Of a DNA stretch of 64,000 bases, positions 1 through 9,600 are shown one piece after another (the first letter of the stretch is position 1; every line of letters starts with the position of its first letter). Below the pieces are notes generated by a model. It made no database searches, was not told where the DNA came from, and worked only from the letters and a program-made list of their open reading frames with translations. Origin of the DNA: Candidatus Omnitrophota bacterium (GTDB lineage: Bacteria; Omnitrophota; Gorgyraeia; Zapsychrales; JANLHA01); NCBI GenBank assembly GCA_029560465.1, contig JAKQKX010000045.1:88260-152259 (forward strand), in the 5' to 3' direction. The translations under genes and the position numbers were made by a program.

Positions 1-1465
1 CATCGCATTCCCGGCAACCTTTCCCCCGGTAAATATGTTTGACACCCGCGAGATTAAAATCAGCCAACAGCGCGTCGCTGACCTCGACTTTGTCCTTGCA
101 CTTGTAACAGATCGTCCGGACCAAACGCTGGGCCAGGATTCCAATCAATGAAGTTGACAAAAGGAACGGCTCAATGCCCATGTCGAGCAACCGGGAAATC
201 GTGGACGGGGCGTCGTTCGTGTGCACGGTCGCAAAAACGAGATGCCCGGTCAGCGCGGCCTGAATCGCAATATCAGCGGTCTCCCGGTCGCGGATCTCCC
301 CGACCATGATGATATCCGGGTCCTGCCTTAAGATGCTGCGTAAGCCCGTCGCAAACGTCAGGCCGGCCTTGGGATTGATCTGGGTCTGCCGGATAAGGGA
401 CAACTCATATTCCACAGGGTCTTCAATGGTAACGATCTTCTTCTCGACAGTATTAATCTGTGTTAACGCTGAATACAGGGTGGACGTCTTCCCGCTGCCC
501 GTCGGCCCGGTGACCAGCACAATGCCGTACGGCCGGGTGATGAGTTTCTGAAAGGCCTGCAGCTCATCATCCAGGAACCCGAGTTCCTTAAGCCCCAAAA
601 GGACGGAGGATTTATCCAGGACCCTGAGCACGATATTCTCCCCGTGTATGGTCGGAAATGTCGACGCCCTTAAATCCAGGTCCTTATTCTCGATCTTGAG
701 CCGGATCCGGCCATCCTGCGGTTTACGGCTTTCGGCGATATCCATTTTCGCCATAATCTTGACCCGCGAGATCACGCCGTTCTGAATTTTCTTGGGCAGC
801 ATCTTAAGCTCCTGAAGGACACCATCCACGCGCAGCCGGATCCGCACACCGTCCTCTTCCGGTTCGATGTGAATATCGGAAGCGTGGTCTTTGACCGCCT
901 GCGCGATCACGATGTTCACCAGCTTGACCAGGGGGGCCCCGGCCCCCACTTCCGTGACCGTGTCCTGCGCGCCTTCATTATCGACGGATTTGACAATATC
1001 ATCAATCGTGCTTCCAACGCCGAAGCTCGAGTCCAGAAGACGCCGGACGCCCCGCTCCGAAACCAGGACAGGGTCCACATTTTCAATCTTACAAATACGG
1101 CGGAGCTGGTCCAAAGCCACAATATCCTGGGGGTCCACCATGCCGACCGTGATATTGTTCCCGATCTTGAAAAGAGGGATAAGGCAAAACTTCAGGCATA
1201 CTTCTTTGGGGACCATAGCGATAATTTCCGGATCAATGATATAATCGCTCAAATCCATATAAGGGATGCCCAGGGCGTTGGCGCGCACCTTGACAATATC
1301 TTCCTCGGTCACCAGTTCAAGCTTAATAAGGGCTTTCTCAATATTCAAGCCGCTCATCTGCGCTTCCTGACGGGCGTAATCCAGCATCTTTTCCGTGATC
1401 AGCCCTTCTTTAAGCAGAAGGTTCACCACTTCTCTATGGCGGCGTAAATTTTGTTTTTCCTGCAT
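1..1465 (-). CDS. Type II/IV secretion or type IV pilus assembly ATPase of the GspE/PilB family with an N-terminal T2SSE_N/MshEN-like domain. The C-terminus runs off the window edge. The start codon is at 1465.
   Basis: Minus-strand translation reads MQEKQNLRRHREVVNLLLKEGLITEKMLDYARQEAQ...GIVLVTGPTGSGKTST. This gives a Walker A box inside a GspE-type core, preceded by an MshEN-like N-terminal domain. About 488 aa are visible, and the ORF is open to position 1. Confidence 0.82.
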   Translation of the reverse strand, partial: MQEKQNLRRHREVVNLLLKEGLITEKMLDYARQEAQMSGLNIEKALIKLELVTEEDIVKVRANALGIPYMDLSDYIIDPEIIAMVPKEVCLKFCLIPLFKIGNNITVGMVDPQDIVALDQLRRICKIENVDPVLVSERGVRRLLDSSFGVGSTIDDIVKSVDNEGAQDTVTEVGAGAPLVKLVNIVIAQAVKDHASDIHIEPEEDGVRIRLRVDGVLQELKMLPKKIQNGVISRVKIMAKMDIAESRKPQDGRIRLKIENKDLDLRASTFPTIHGENIVLRVLDKSSVLLGLKELGFLDDELQAFQKLITRPYGIVLVTGPTGSGKTSTLYSALTQINTVEKKIVTIEDPVEYELSLIRQTQINPKAGLTFATGLRSILRQDPDIIMVGEIRDRETADIAIQAALTGHLVFATVHTNDAPSTISRLLDMGIEPFLLSTSLIGILAQRLVRTICYKCKDKVEVSDALLADFNLAGVKHIYRGKGCRECD

Positions 1466-1493
1466 AACGATTCCTCGCCCCGGGCGTTCAGCG

Positions 1494-1880
1494 CTACGGG
1501 TTAGGCACAGCGGCCTGCTTCAAGAGCTCCGTCACCTTGGCCATAAAAACCTGTTGATCAAACGGCTTGACGACATACGCGTCGGCGCCCACGTCCATCC
1601 CGATCTTCTTGTCCTCGGCAGACGTCCGCGCCGTCAGCATGATGATCGGGGTTTTCCGGTATTTTTCATCGAATTTCAACATCCGGCAGACCCGGTATCC
1701 GTCTATCTTCGGCAACATCAGATCTAAAATAATAATGTCCGGTTTGATTTGCCGGGCTTTGTTCAAAGCCTCCTGCCCGTCAAAAGCCGTCACGACCTCA
1801 AAGTTGTTCGCCTCAAACATCATCTGCAGGCCGAACACCATGTCTTTCTCGTCATCAACAACCAACACGGTCTTACTCAT
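1494..1880 (-). CDS. Stand-alone CheY-like response regulator receiver (REC) with no output domain
   Basis: The sequence LVVDDEKDMVFGLQMMFE...DIIILDLMLPKIDGY...KPF carries the conserved D-D-K receiver signature. The protein is 128 aa. Confidence 0.85.
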   Translation of the reverse strand: MSKTVLVVDDEKDMVFGLQMMFEANNFEVVTAFDGQEALNKARQIKPDIIILDLMLPKIDGYRVCRMLKFDEKYRKTPIIMLTARTSAEDKKIGMDVGADAYVVKPFDQQVFMAKVTELLKQAAVPNP

Positions 1881-3819
1881 AATAAAGCCTCAATTCTTTC
1901 GCCAGCATGTCCCGTTTCTTTTTATCCACACCCGTGAATTCAATGCCGGTCTGGTAACGGTCCGCGAACTTGGTCATGGAATGCTCGTCCCAATGGCTGA
2001 CCCACGCAACCCGCCCCTGGACTGATATTTTCTTGCGGGTTTTCAGCAACGGGATAACCAAGTCAATCTGCGCGTCCGTGGCCAGGGGAGCCTGCGTGAT
2101 CAGGCAAATGCCCCCTAAAGACAAGTCCTGGGTGTCTGCGACAAAATTCTTACCCCTTCCCGCGGTCACGTGGACCTTCACTTGGTATTGGATGCGCTTA
2201 AAAAGCCGCATCTCCGAGCCAATATATAATTCTTTGATGTGAAAATTCTGGCTGTCAAACTCTCCCCGCACCGATTCGCTGGTGTAAGAGACCAACCCCA
2301 AGGCGATGAAAATCTCTTTGAGCGAATTTTTGACAAAATAATTTTTGATCCTCTGCCGGATCAGGTCGCAAAAGATTGGCTCTTCCTTAATGGCATACGG
2401 GAAAATAACGCTGACCGCTCCGTCCTTAAAGTTCGTGACATAAATATAGTCCCGCGCCGAAAAGCGCTTGAACGCATCTTTGCCTGACTGGGTGATAATC
2501 TTGCGGACCTCCCGGAACAGCTGCCGCTTGTCAATATCGAGCCTCTTTTGGAAATCCTCAAGATTAACGACGAGCAGGTTGACCAGACTGACCGACTTCC
2601 GTTTCTCAAGCAGGGCGTTGATTTTCGTGCGGATATTCCGGGGTAAAATATTCGTCGTGTAAAACCGGGGCAGCGTAAAGAAAAAACGGCTTCCCTTCCC
2701 CTCCTCGGATTCAACCCATATTTCCCCGCCGTGCTTCTCCACGAGAGCCTTCACGATCGTTAACCCCAGGCCGATGCCCTTACGTTTAGCGCCGTCACTC
2801 GTTGACACCTGCACAAAGCGTTCAAAAATCCTGAACAGATCTTCCTTCGGGATACCCGGGCCGTTGTCCAAGACCCCGATCCGCACTTTCGACTTTAAAA
2901 TTTTAACTTCAACTGTAATCTTCCCCTGGGGAGGGGTAAATTTGATCGCATTATTAATTAAATTGGTGATGATCTGCTGGACGCGTTCCGGGTCCACGAA
3001 AACGGCGATGTCTTGCTTGGGCAGCCGGTATTCAATGGCAATCTGCTTTTCAGCGGCAAATTCCTTAAAAAAGGGCGCACTGTCCAGCAGGAAGTCTTTC
3101 ATCTTGATCAAGGAATAACTCAGGCTGAACTTCTGCCCCTCGATCCTGGAGATATCCAGAAGTTCTTCGATGATATGCTGAAGGCGGTCGATATTATTAT
3201 TATTAGCCTTGACCAAGAGCTCCCGCTGCTGGTTATTGATCGGCCCGGCTGTTTCGTCATATATGAGCATAAAAAGCTGTTTGACGATGGCCAGCGGGGT
3301 GCGGATCTCATGCGAAACCGCGGAAATGAAATCGGATTTGACCCGTGTCATCTCCTCGAGCATCAGCAACTTTTTCTCCATCGGCAGCCATTTCTCCCGC
3401 AGATGTTCAAATTGCATCCGTTTGGACACATCCCGGGTCAGCCCCATGACTCCAATACATTTATTCCGGTGATCAAAGCGCGGGATCAACGTCGTTGAAA
3501 AATACAAATCCTCCCCAGCCCCCGGAAGGGCCGTGAGCTTGTCGATCCGGTCCACAATGGCTTTCCCGGATTTAATAACGTTCTGGCTGTCCTTCACAAG
3601 CCTTTTCGCCAACCGGGGGGGGAAAACCTCTTGGTCCGTCTTTCCCAATACAGCATCAGGAGTTAATCCCAGGCCCCGTGCTCCGGCCGCATTTATAAAA
3701 ATAAAACGCCCCTGGAGATCCTTGAAATAAATCGCGTCCGGGATATGGTTCACGAAATCTTCCAGAAGTCGATATTGAAAAGCCAGGGATTGTTTTTGAG
3801 GCGCTGTTTTCTTTTTCAC
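1873..3819 (-). CDS. PAS sensor histidine kinase fused to a degenerate GGDEF-like segment and a C-terminal PilZ domain
   Basis: An N-terminal PAS domain is followed by a HisKA H-box (FISAVSHEIRTPLAIV) and HATPase_c motifs (DNGPGIP, GLGLTIV). A ~150-aa segment then resembles a GGDEF fold but lacks the GGDEF motif (LVVNLEDFQK...ARDYIYVTNFKDGAVSVIFP). The C-terminus has PilZ motifs RLFKR (RxxxR) and DLSLGG (DxSxGG). Confidence 0.8.
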   Translation of the reverse strand: MKKKTAPQKQSLAFQYRLLEDFVNHIPDAIYFKDLQGRFIFINAAGARGLGLTPDAVLGKTDQEVFPPRLAKRLVKDSQNVIKSGKAIVDRIDKLTALPGAGEDLYFSTTLIPRFDHRNKCIGVMGLTRDVSKRMQFEHLREKWLPMEKKLLMLEEMTRVKSDFISAVSHEIRTPLAIVKQLFMLIYDETAGPINNQQRELLVKANNNNIDRLQHIIEELLDISRIEGQKFSLSYSLIKMKDFLLDSAPFFKEFAAEKQIAIEYRLPKQDIAVFVDPERVQQIITNLINNAIKFTPPQGKITVEVKILKSKVRIGVLDNGPGIPKEDLFRIFERFVQVSTSDGAKRKGIGLGLTIVKALVEKHGGEIWVESEEGKGSRFFFTLPRFYTTNILPRNIRTKINALLEKRKSVSLVNLLVVNLEDFQKRLDIDKRQLFREVRKIITQSGKDAFKRFSARDYIYVTNFKDGAVSVIFPYAIKEEPIFCDLIRQRIKNYFVKNSLKEIFIALGLVSYTSESVRGEFDSQNFHIKELYIGSEMRLFKRIQYQVKVHVTAGRGKNFVADTQDLSLGGICLITQAPLATDAQIDLVIPLLKTRKKISVQGRVAWVSHWDEHSMTKFADRYQTGIEFTGVDKKKRDMLAKELRLYYE

Positions 3820-4048
3820 GGATTAATAATTGATAAACGAATTGAACCTTATAAGAAGTTTTTCTTTAAGCAAAATTTGTAACTTTATTATTTTTCAGCA
3901 GCTTCCATAATATTATACCTTGGGTTTACCTTCAGTAAACTCTTTTAAAGATTTTTTCACAGGCAAAAAGGAAAAAGGATAAAAGGCAGGGAAACCGAAA
4001 GCATTCAAACGGGGAAAAAACACGGCGGTCAAAACGATGGCCAGGGGA

Positions 4049-4786
4049 TCAATCCCACAGCAATTCTTTCATGATCCTTAAAAGGAACGTGTCCTCATGC
4101 GGTTTAACAAGGTACGCATCGGCGCCGACTTGCTTGCCGATCAGACGGCTCTCTTGACCCGACCGGGCTGTCAGCAGGATGACATTAATATCTTTATATT
4201 TACTATCAAACTTTAACATCCGGCAGACATTGAAACCATCCAGCTTAGGCATCATAACATCCAAGACCATTAAATCCGGCCTTTCCCGTTTGGCGGTTTC
4301 CAGCGCAGACAAGCCGTCAAAAGCGGTGACGACCTGATACCCGCTGTTACTCAGCCGCAGGGACAGGCTGTGGACAAAATCAGGCTCGTCATCCACCACG
4401 AGAATTTTTTTAGTGTGTTGGCGGAGCCGTTGCCTGATTTTCTTGAGCAATTGCGCGGACTTAAATGGCTTCACAATGTAATCATTGATCCCCTCATGCT
4501 GGAAAACATCCTGCTGATTGGTCAAAGAGGATAGAATAATAATCGGGGTTTCCTGGATATCAAAACGGGCTTTAAACCTGGAAATAAATTCAAAACCATC
4601 CATAACCGGCATCTTAATATCAAGAATAATAAGATCCGGCCTGTGCGTCTTGTAAACGGCCAGGCCTTCTTTTCCATTAACAGCCAGGATGACTTCAAAG
4701 TTATTTTTCGAAAGGACACGAAGCAACAAGTGCCTTATGACGGGGTCGTCATCGACAACCAGTATTTTTTGTTTTTCTTCTGTCAT
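4049..4786 (-). CDS. Tandem-receiver response regulator (two REC domains, no output domain)
   Basis: Two consecutive receiver domains: ILVVDDDPVIRHLL...LDIKMPVMDG...KPF and ILVVDDEPDFV...LDVMMPKLDG...KPH. The protein is 245 aa. Confidence 0.85.
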   Translation of the reverse strand: MTEEKQKILVVDDDPVIRHLLLRVLSKNNFEVILAVNGKEGLAVYKTHRPDLIILDIKMPVMDGFEFISRFKARFDIQETPIIILSSLTNQQDVFQHEGINDYIVKPFKSAQLLKKIRQRLRQHTKKILVVDDEPDFVHSLSLRLSNSGYQVVTAFDGLSALETAKRERPDLMVLDVMMPKLDGFNVCRMLKFDSKYKDINVILLTARSGQESRLIGKQVGADAYLVKPHEDTFLLRIMKELLWD

Positions 4787-4938
4787 GATGCGTTTCTCTT
4801 ATAAAATATAAAAATCCACGGGTTCAAGGATGAACGCGGCAGAAAAGCCAGGGAGGATTATAACATCTTTGTGCGCATCCTGACAAATATTATGTTTCCT
4901 GGAAGAGTGAGGATTTTGGTTGGATCATTCAAGGATTA

Positions 4939-5577
4939 TTATTCTGCCGGAAGCGAGGATTCCTCCTGTTTTTTTTGCTTCTCTAAAATCCTTTTAACCA
5001 AAGAGTGCTTCTTAACAATTTTTTCATAATCCTTGGAGTCTTTGTCAATGTATTCTTCCGCTTTCGTAAAAAAATGGTCAACTTTTTCATAATCTTTCAA
5101 TTTATAAAAAATATCGGCCAAAGTCACATACGCCGGCCAATAGCTTTCCTTAACAAGGACACTCTGGGAAGCGTAGTCAATGGCCTTAACGAACGCCTGG
5201 TTATCTGAAAAACTAAACGAATTGAAAAAGCCTTTTTCATAAAAAGCACGCGCGGTATTGTTCAAGAGTTCCGCTTCAAAATCCACGTCTTTGATGCTCT
5301 TTTGTTTGACCCGGTCAATGGCGGCGAAATACAAGGCTAACGCTTCGTCATATTTCCGCTGGTCAACAAGCTTAAGCGCGTCCTCATTCATTTTAGTCAC
5401 CCCCAAGGTCATCTCAGGCCTATATTTCTTCGCCCCCCGCCCCGACCTCGATTCCCTCTCTTCAAAAACAGAAATCTCCCCCTCTTCACCCGCCCAAACA
5501 ACCGCAGGCACAATCAGCGGCACGACAATCAAAACCCATAATGATTTTTTCCCCGGGAACACCATCCTCATATTCAT
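4939..5577 (-). CDS. Hypothetical secreted or membrane-anchored TPR-like repeat protein. The start is uncertain, with candidate starts at 5592, 5577 and 5571.
   Basis: There is an N-terminal hydrophobic segment (SLWVLIVVPLIVPAVVWA). The remainder is a helical repeat-like sequence rich in K, E, A, Y and F (ALALYFAAIDRVK, ARAFYEKGFF, LADIFYKLKDYEK). Confidence 0.5.
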   Translation of the reverse strand: MNMRMVFPGKKSLWVLIVVPLIVPAVVWAGEEGEISVFEERESRSGRGAKKYRPEMTLGVTKMNEDALKLVDQRKYDEALALYFAAIDRVKQKSIKDVDFEAELLNNTARAFYEKGFFNSFSFSDNQAFVKAIDYASQSVLVKESYWPAYVTLADIFYKLKDYEKVDHFFTKAEEYIDKDSKDYEKIVKKHSLVKRILEKQKKQEESSLPAE

Positions 5578-5581
5578 CAGT

Positions 5582-6583
5582 TCATCCTCCAAGTGGCTTA
5601 TAACTTTGCAGGACTTTCATATAATTCGCCCGCTCAAACGCTTCTGGTTGCGCGCAAGACTTCTGGCTTAAACTCCCCTTCATCTCTTTAACGGAAGCAT
5701 AATCATGCTTGTCCATCCACTGCACCAAATCGTCCAATACAATTTTAGCATGATTAATCCCGTTTAACAATAAAGCGGAGCACATCATCGTCACATCCGC
5801 TCCCGCCATCAGCATCTTCACGACATCCCAGACATTGTGAATCCCGGTCATGGCCGCCAAACTGGCACCCACATGACTGTAAAGAATGGCAATCCAGCGT
5901 AAGGTGAGCCGGTTTTCCAAAGACGAACTCAATACCAGGTTGGACGCAATCTCCAAATTCTCCAGATCAATGTCGGGTTGGTAGAACCGGTTGAACAGGA
6001 CTAAAGCATCCGCTCCGTTTTCATCCAATGTCCGCGCCATGTTCGGGAAAGAGCTAAAATACGGGCTCAATTTTACCGCCACCGGAATACGGACATTCTT
6101 CTTAACCTGCTTAAGGACACTGAGGTAAACATCTTCAACCTCGCTGCCCTTCAACGCGGGATTGGTGGGGACAAAATAGACGTTCAGTTCCAACCCATCG
6201 GCCCCGGCGGACTGAATATCCTTCGCGTACTTCATCCACCCTCCCGTTGAATATCCATTTAAACTGCCGATAACGGGAATACCCACCGCTTCCTTGGCTT
6301 TCGCGATCATATTTAAATACTCATCTGGCCCCAAGAGATAATCCGTCACCTTCGGGAAATAGCTGACCGCTTCCGCGAAACTCTCGGTTCCTTGTTCGGA
6401 AAAATACTGGGATGCCTTGGCTTCCAAACTGAACTGTTCTTCAAAAAGAGAATGGAACACCACCGCCGCAATCCCGGAGTCCTCCATCTTTTTTATGTTA
6501 TCTAGCTTCTCGGACAACGGGGAGGCCGCCGCCACTAAAGGATTCTTTAATTTTAATCCCATATATTGTGTCGTCAAATCCAC
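5582..6583 (-). CDS. Dihydroorotate dehydrogenase-like TIM-barrel flavoprotein in which the catalytic Cys/Ser loop is apparently absent
   Basis: The sequence shows DHOD/DHPD-family features (LKLKNPLVAAASPLS, GADGLELNV, IPVAVKLSP, GADALVLFNR). At the catalytic-loop position it reads ELNVYFVPTNP where LNxSCPN is expected. Confidence 0.65.
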   Translation of the reverse strand: MDLTTQYMGLKLKNPLVAAASPLSEKLDNIKKMEDSGIAAVVFHSLFEEQFSLEAKASQYFSEQGTESFAEAVSYFPKVTDYLLGPDEYLNMIAKAKEAVGIPVIGSLNGYSTGGWMKYAKDIQSAGADGLELNVYFVPTNPALKGSEVEDVYLSVLKQVKKNVRIPVAVKLSPYFSSFPNMARTLDENGADALVLFNRFYQPDIDLENLEIASNLVLSSSLENRLTLRWIAILYSHVGASLAAMTGIHNVWDVVKMLMAGADVTMMCSALLLNGINHAKIVLDDLVQWMDKHDYASVKEMKGSLSQKSCAQPEAFERANYMKVLQSYKPLGG

Positions 6584-6615
6584 GGAAGCCCCCCCTTTGT
6601 TATTATCATTACAAT

Positions 6616-9600
6616 TTATGAACGGTCCTCGCCCTGTTTCGATTCCAGCGCTTGCGCGGCCAGATACTCATAAACAGCCCAGCGTCTATAAACATCCTGC
6701 TGCGCCTGCTCAAGAAGCATTTGAGCCCGATCCGGCATGCTCTTGGAAAGCATGACAAAGCGGTTTTCCCGGTACGCGTAATCCTTAAGCGGAATTTTCG
6801 GGGCCGAGGAATCAAGGGTTAAAGGATTCTTACCTTCCTTCAGCAAATCAGGGTTAAACCGGAACAACGGCCAATACCCAGACTGCACGGCCAGCCTCTG
6901 ATTCTCAAAACCGGTGCGCATGTTAATCCCATGGGCGATACAGTGGCAATACGCGATGATCAAAGACGGGCCGTTATATTTTTCCGCCTCGATGAAAGAT
7001 TTGACGGTCTGTTCATCGCGGCCGCCCATGGCCACATTGGCCACGTAAACCGAACCGTATGTCATGGCGATCCGGGCCAGGTCTTTCTTAGCGACCGGTT
7101 TCCCGGCAGCGGCAAACTTGGCCACGGCGCCACGCGGGGTCGCTTTGGATGCCTGCCCCCCGGTATTGGAATACACTTCGGTGTCCAAGACCAAAACATT
7201 GACATTACGGCCGGAGGCCAGGACATGGTCCAACCCTCCGAACCCGATATCATAGGCCCAGCCATCACCCCCCAAGATCCAGACGCTCTTTTTCACTAAA
7301 TAATCCGCCAGGCTTAACAGGTGTTTGGCGTCGTTAGATCTGACAGAAACGAGTTTTTTCTTGAGCGCCTCCACCCGCTCACGCTGGGCGATAATGCCGG
7401 ATTCTTCCGACTGGTCCGCTTCCAATATTCCTTTAACAAGTTCCGTCCCGACCTGTGGTTCTAATCTTTTCAATAATTCCCCGGCAAACGCACTGTGCTT
7501 GTCGATACTAAGGCGGAAACCCAGGCCAAATTCCGCGTTGTCCTCAAACAGGGAATTGGACCAGGCCGGCCCCCGGCCTTCCTTGTTAAAAGTCCAGGGC
7601 GTGGTCGGCAAATTCCCCCCGTAAATGGAGGAGCATCCGGTCGCGTTGGCGATAAGCGCACGGTCGCCAAACAGCTGGGACAGCAGCTTGACGTAAGGCG
7701 TCTCGCCGCAGCCACCGCAGGCTCCGGAGAACTCAAACAAGGGGTTCAGGCTTTGAACCCCACGGACGGAATTCTGCTTGACGCGCGTCCGGTCCAGGTA
7801 AGGGATATCCAGAAAGAACTCCCAATTCTTGCGCTCTTCATCTCTTAAAGGCGGCTGTGCCTGCATATTGATCGCTTTGAGTTTGACATCTTTCTTATTT
7901 TTAGCCGGGCAGGTCTCCACGCACACGCCGCAGCCGGTACAATCTTCCGGGGAAACCTGAATGGAAAATTTCATGCCGGCAAAATCCTTGTCTTTGGCGT
8001 CCACGGATTTGAATGTCGCTGGCGCTTTCTCGGCTAACGCGGCATCATAAATTTTACTCCGGATGACGGCGTGCGGGCAAACAAGCACGCACTTCCCGCA
8101 TTGGATACACACCGAAGGATCCCAAACCGGGATCTCAAGGGCGATGTTCCGCTTTTCCCATTGGGTGGTTCCCGTTGGGAACGTCCCGTCAACAGGCATG
8201 GCGCTCACCGGGAGTTGATCCCCGCGTCCGGCGATGATTTCCGCCGTCACCTTCTTCACGAACGCCGGCGCTCCCCCGGACACCGGAGACAGGAAATCCA
8301 CGGTGCTGGTCACCCGGGCCGGGACATTGACACGGTGCAGGTGCGCGAGGGTTTGATCGACCGCGTTAAAATTCATCCGGACGACTTCCTCGCCCTTGGA
8401 GCCATAAGCTTTCTTGATCGACCCTTTGATCTTTTCGATCGCTTCGTCCTTGGGAAGCACTCCGGAGATGGCAAAAAAGCATGTCTGCATGATGGTATTA
8501 ATACGCAACCCCATGCCGGTGTCCTTGGCCACCTGGTATCCATCAATCACGTAAAACTGGATATTTTTGGCAATGATCTGCTCCTGAATCACCTTGGGAA
8601 GATGCTCCCAAATCTCGTCCGGGCCAAAGGTCGAATTTAAAAGGAAAACACCCTGAGGGGCGATCTTTTCCAGGACATTGTATTTCTCAAGAAAAACAGA
8701 TTGATGGCATCCCACGAACTTCGCCTGGGAAACCAGGTATGTCGAACGGATCGGATTGGGGCCAAACCGCAAATGGCTGACCGTCATAGACCCGGACTTT
8801 TTGGAGTCGTAAACAAAATATCCCTGCGCGTAATTCGGGGTGTTTTCCCCGATAATCTTGATCGTGCTTTTATTGGCCCCCACGGTGCCGTCAGCCCCCA
8901 GCCCGTAAAATATCGCACAAACCCCGGCCTCATCTTCAATGGTAAAAGATTCATCGCATTCGAGGCTCGTGTGCGTCACGTCATCCGTGATTCCGACGGT
9001 GAAATGATTCTTGGGTTCCTTTTTCAAGCCGTTATCCAAAACCGCCTTAATCATGGCCGGGGTAAACTCTTTGGAGGACAACCCGTAGCGGCCCCCCAGG
9101 ACCTTGGGGTAAGAGGCAAACCGGGTCAACCCGCGCTCAAAGACCGTGTTAACGACATCCTGATATAAAGGTTCACCGATGGCTCCGGGTTCTTTCGTCC
9201 GGTCCAATGTCGTAATCACCTTGACGCTCTTAGGCAAAGCGGCGAGCAAATGATCCATGGAAAACGGCCGGTACAAACGGACTTTGACCAACCCCACTTT
9301 CTGTCCCTTTTGAACGAGCTTTTCCACCGTGGCCTGGCCGGCCTCCGCGCCGGACCCCATGAGGATGATGACATGTTCCGCGTCAGGCGCACCGTAATAA
9401 TCAAACAGATTGTAGGCCCGCCCGGTCGTTTTGGCAAAATGCTTCATCACCTTCTCGACGATGCCGGGACATTTGTCGTAAAAAGGGTTGACCGTCTCCC
9501 GCCCCTGGAAATAAACATCCGGGTTCTGCGCGGTGCCCCTCATACACGGACGATCCGGGGAAAGCGCCCGCTGGCGATGGGCCAGGACTAAGTCATCCTT

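Noticed and set aside
869-1447. 192-aa and 117-aa plus-strand ORFs at the start of the window
   Set aside because: They are antisense to the PilB/GspE ATPase, whose Walker A and GspE core read cleanly on the minus strand. The real gene was missed by the ORF track only because it has no stop within the window.
1-1465. First gene as PilT (retraction ATPase)
   Set aside because: The length visible before the Walker A (~270 aa) and the MshEN/T2SSE_N-like N-terminal domain fit PilB/GspE/MshE-type assembly ATPases, not the ~350-aa PilT.
8071-9168. Plus-strand ORFs of 189 and 155 aa
   Set aside because: They lie entirely inside the PFOR gene on the opposite strand. Shadow ORFs.
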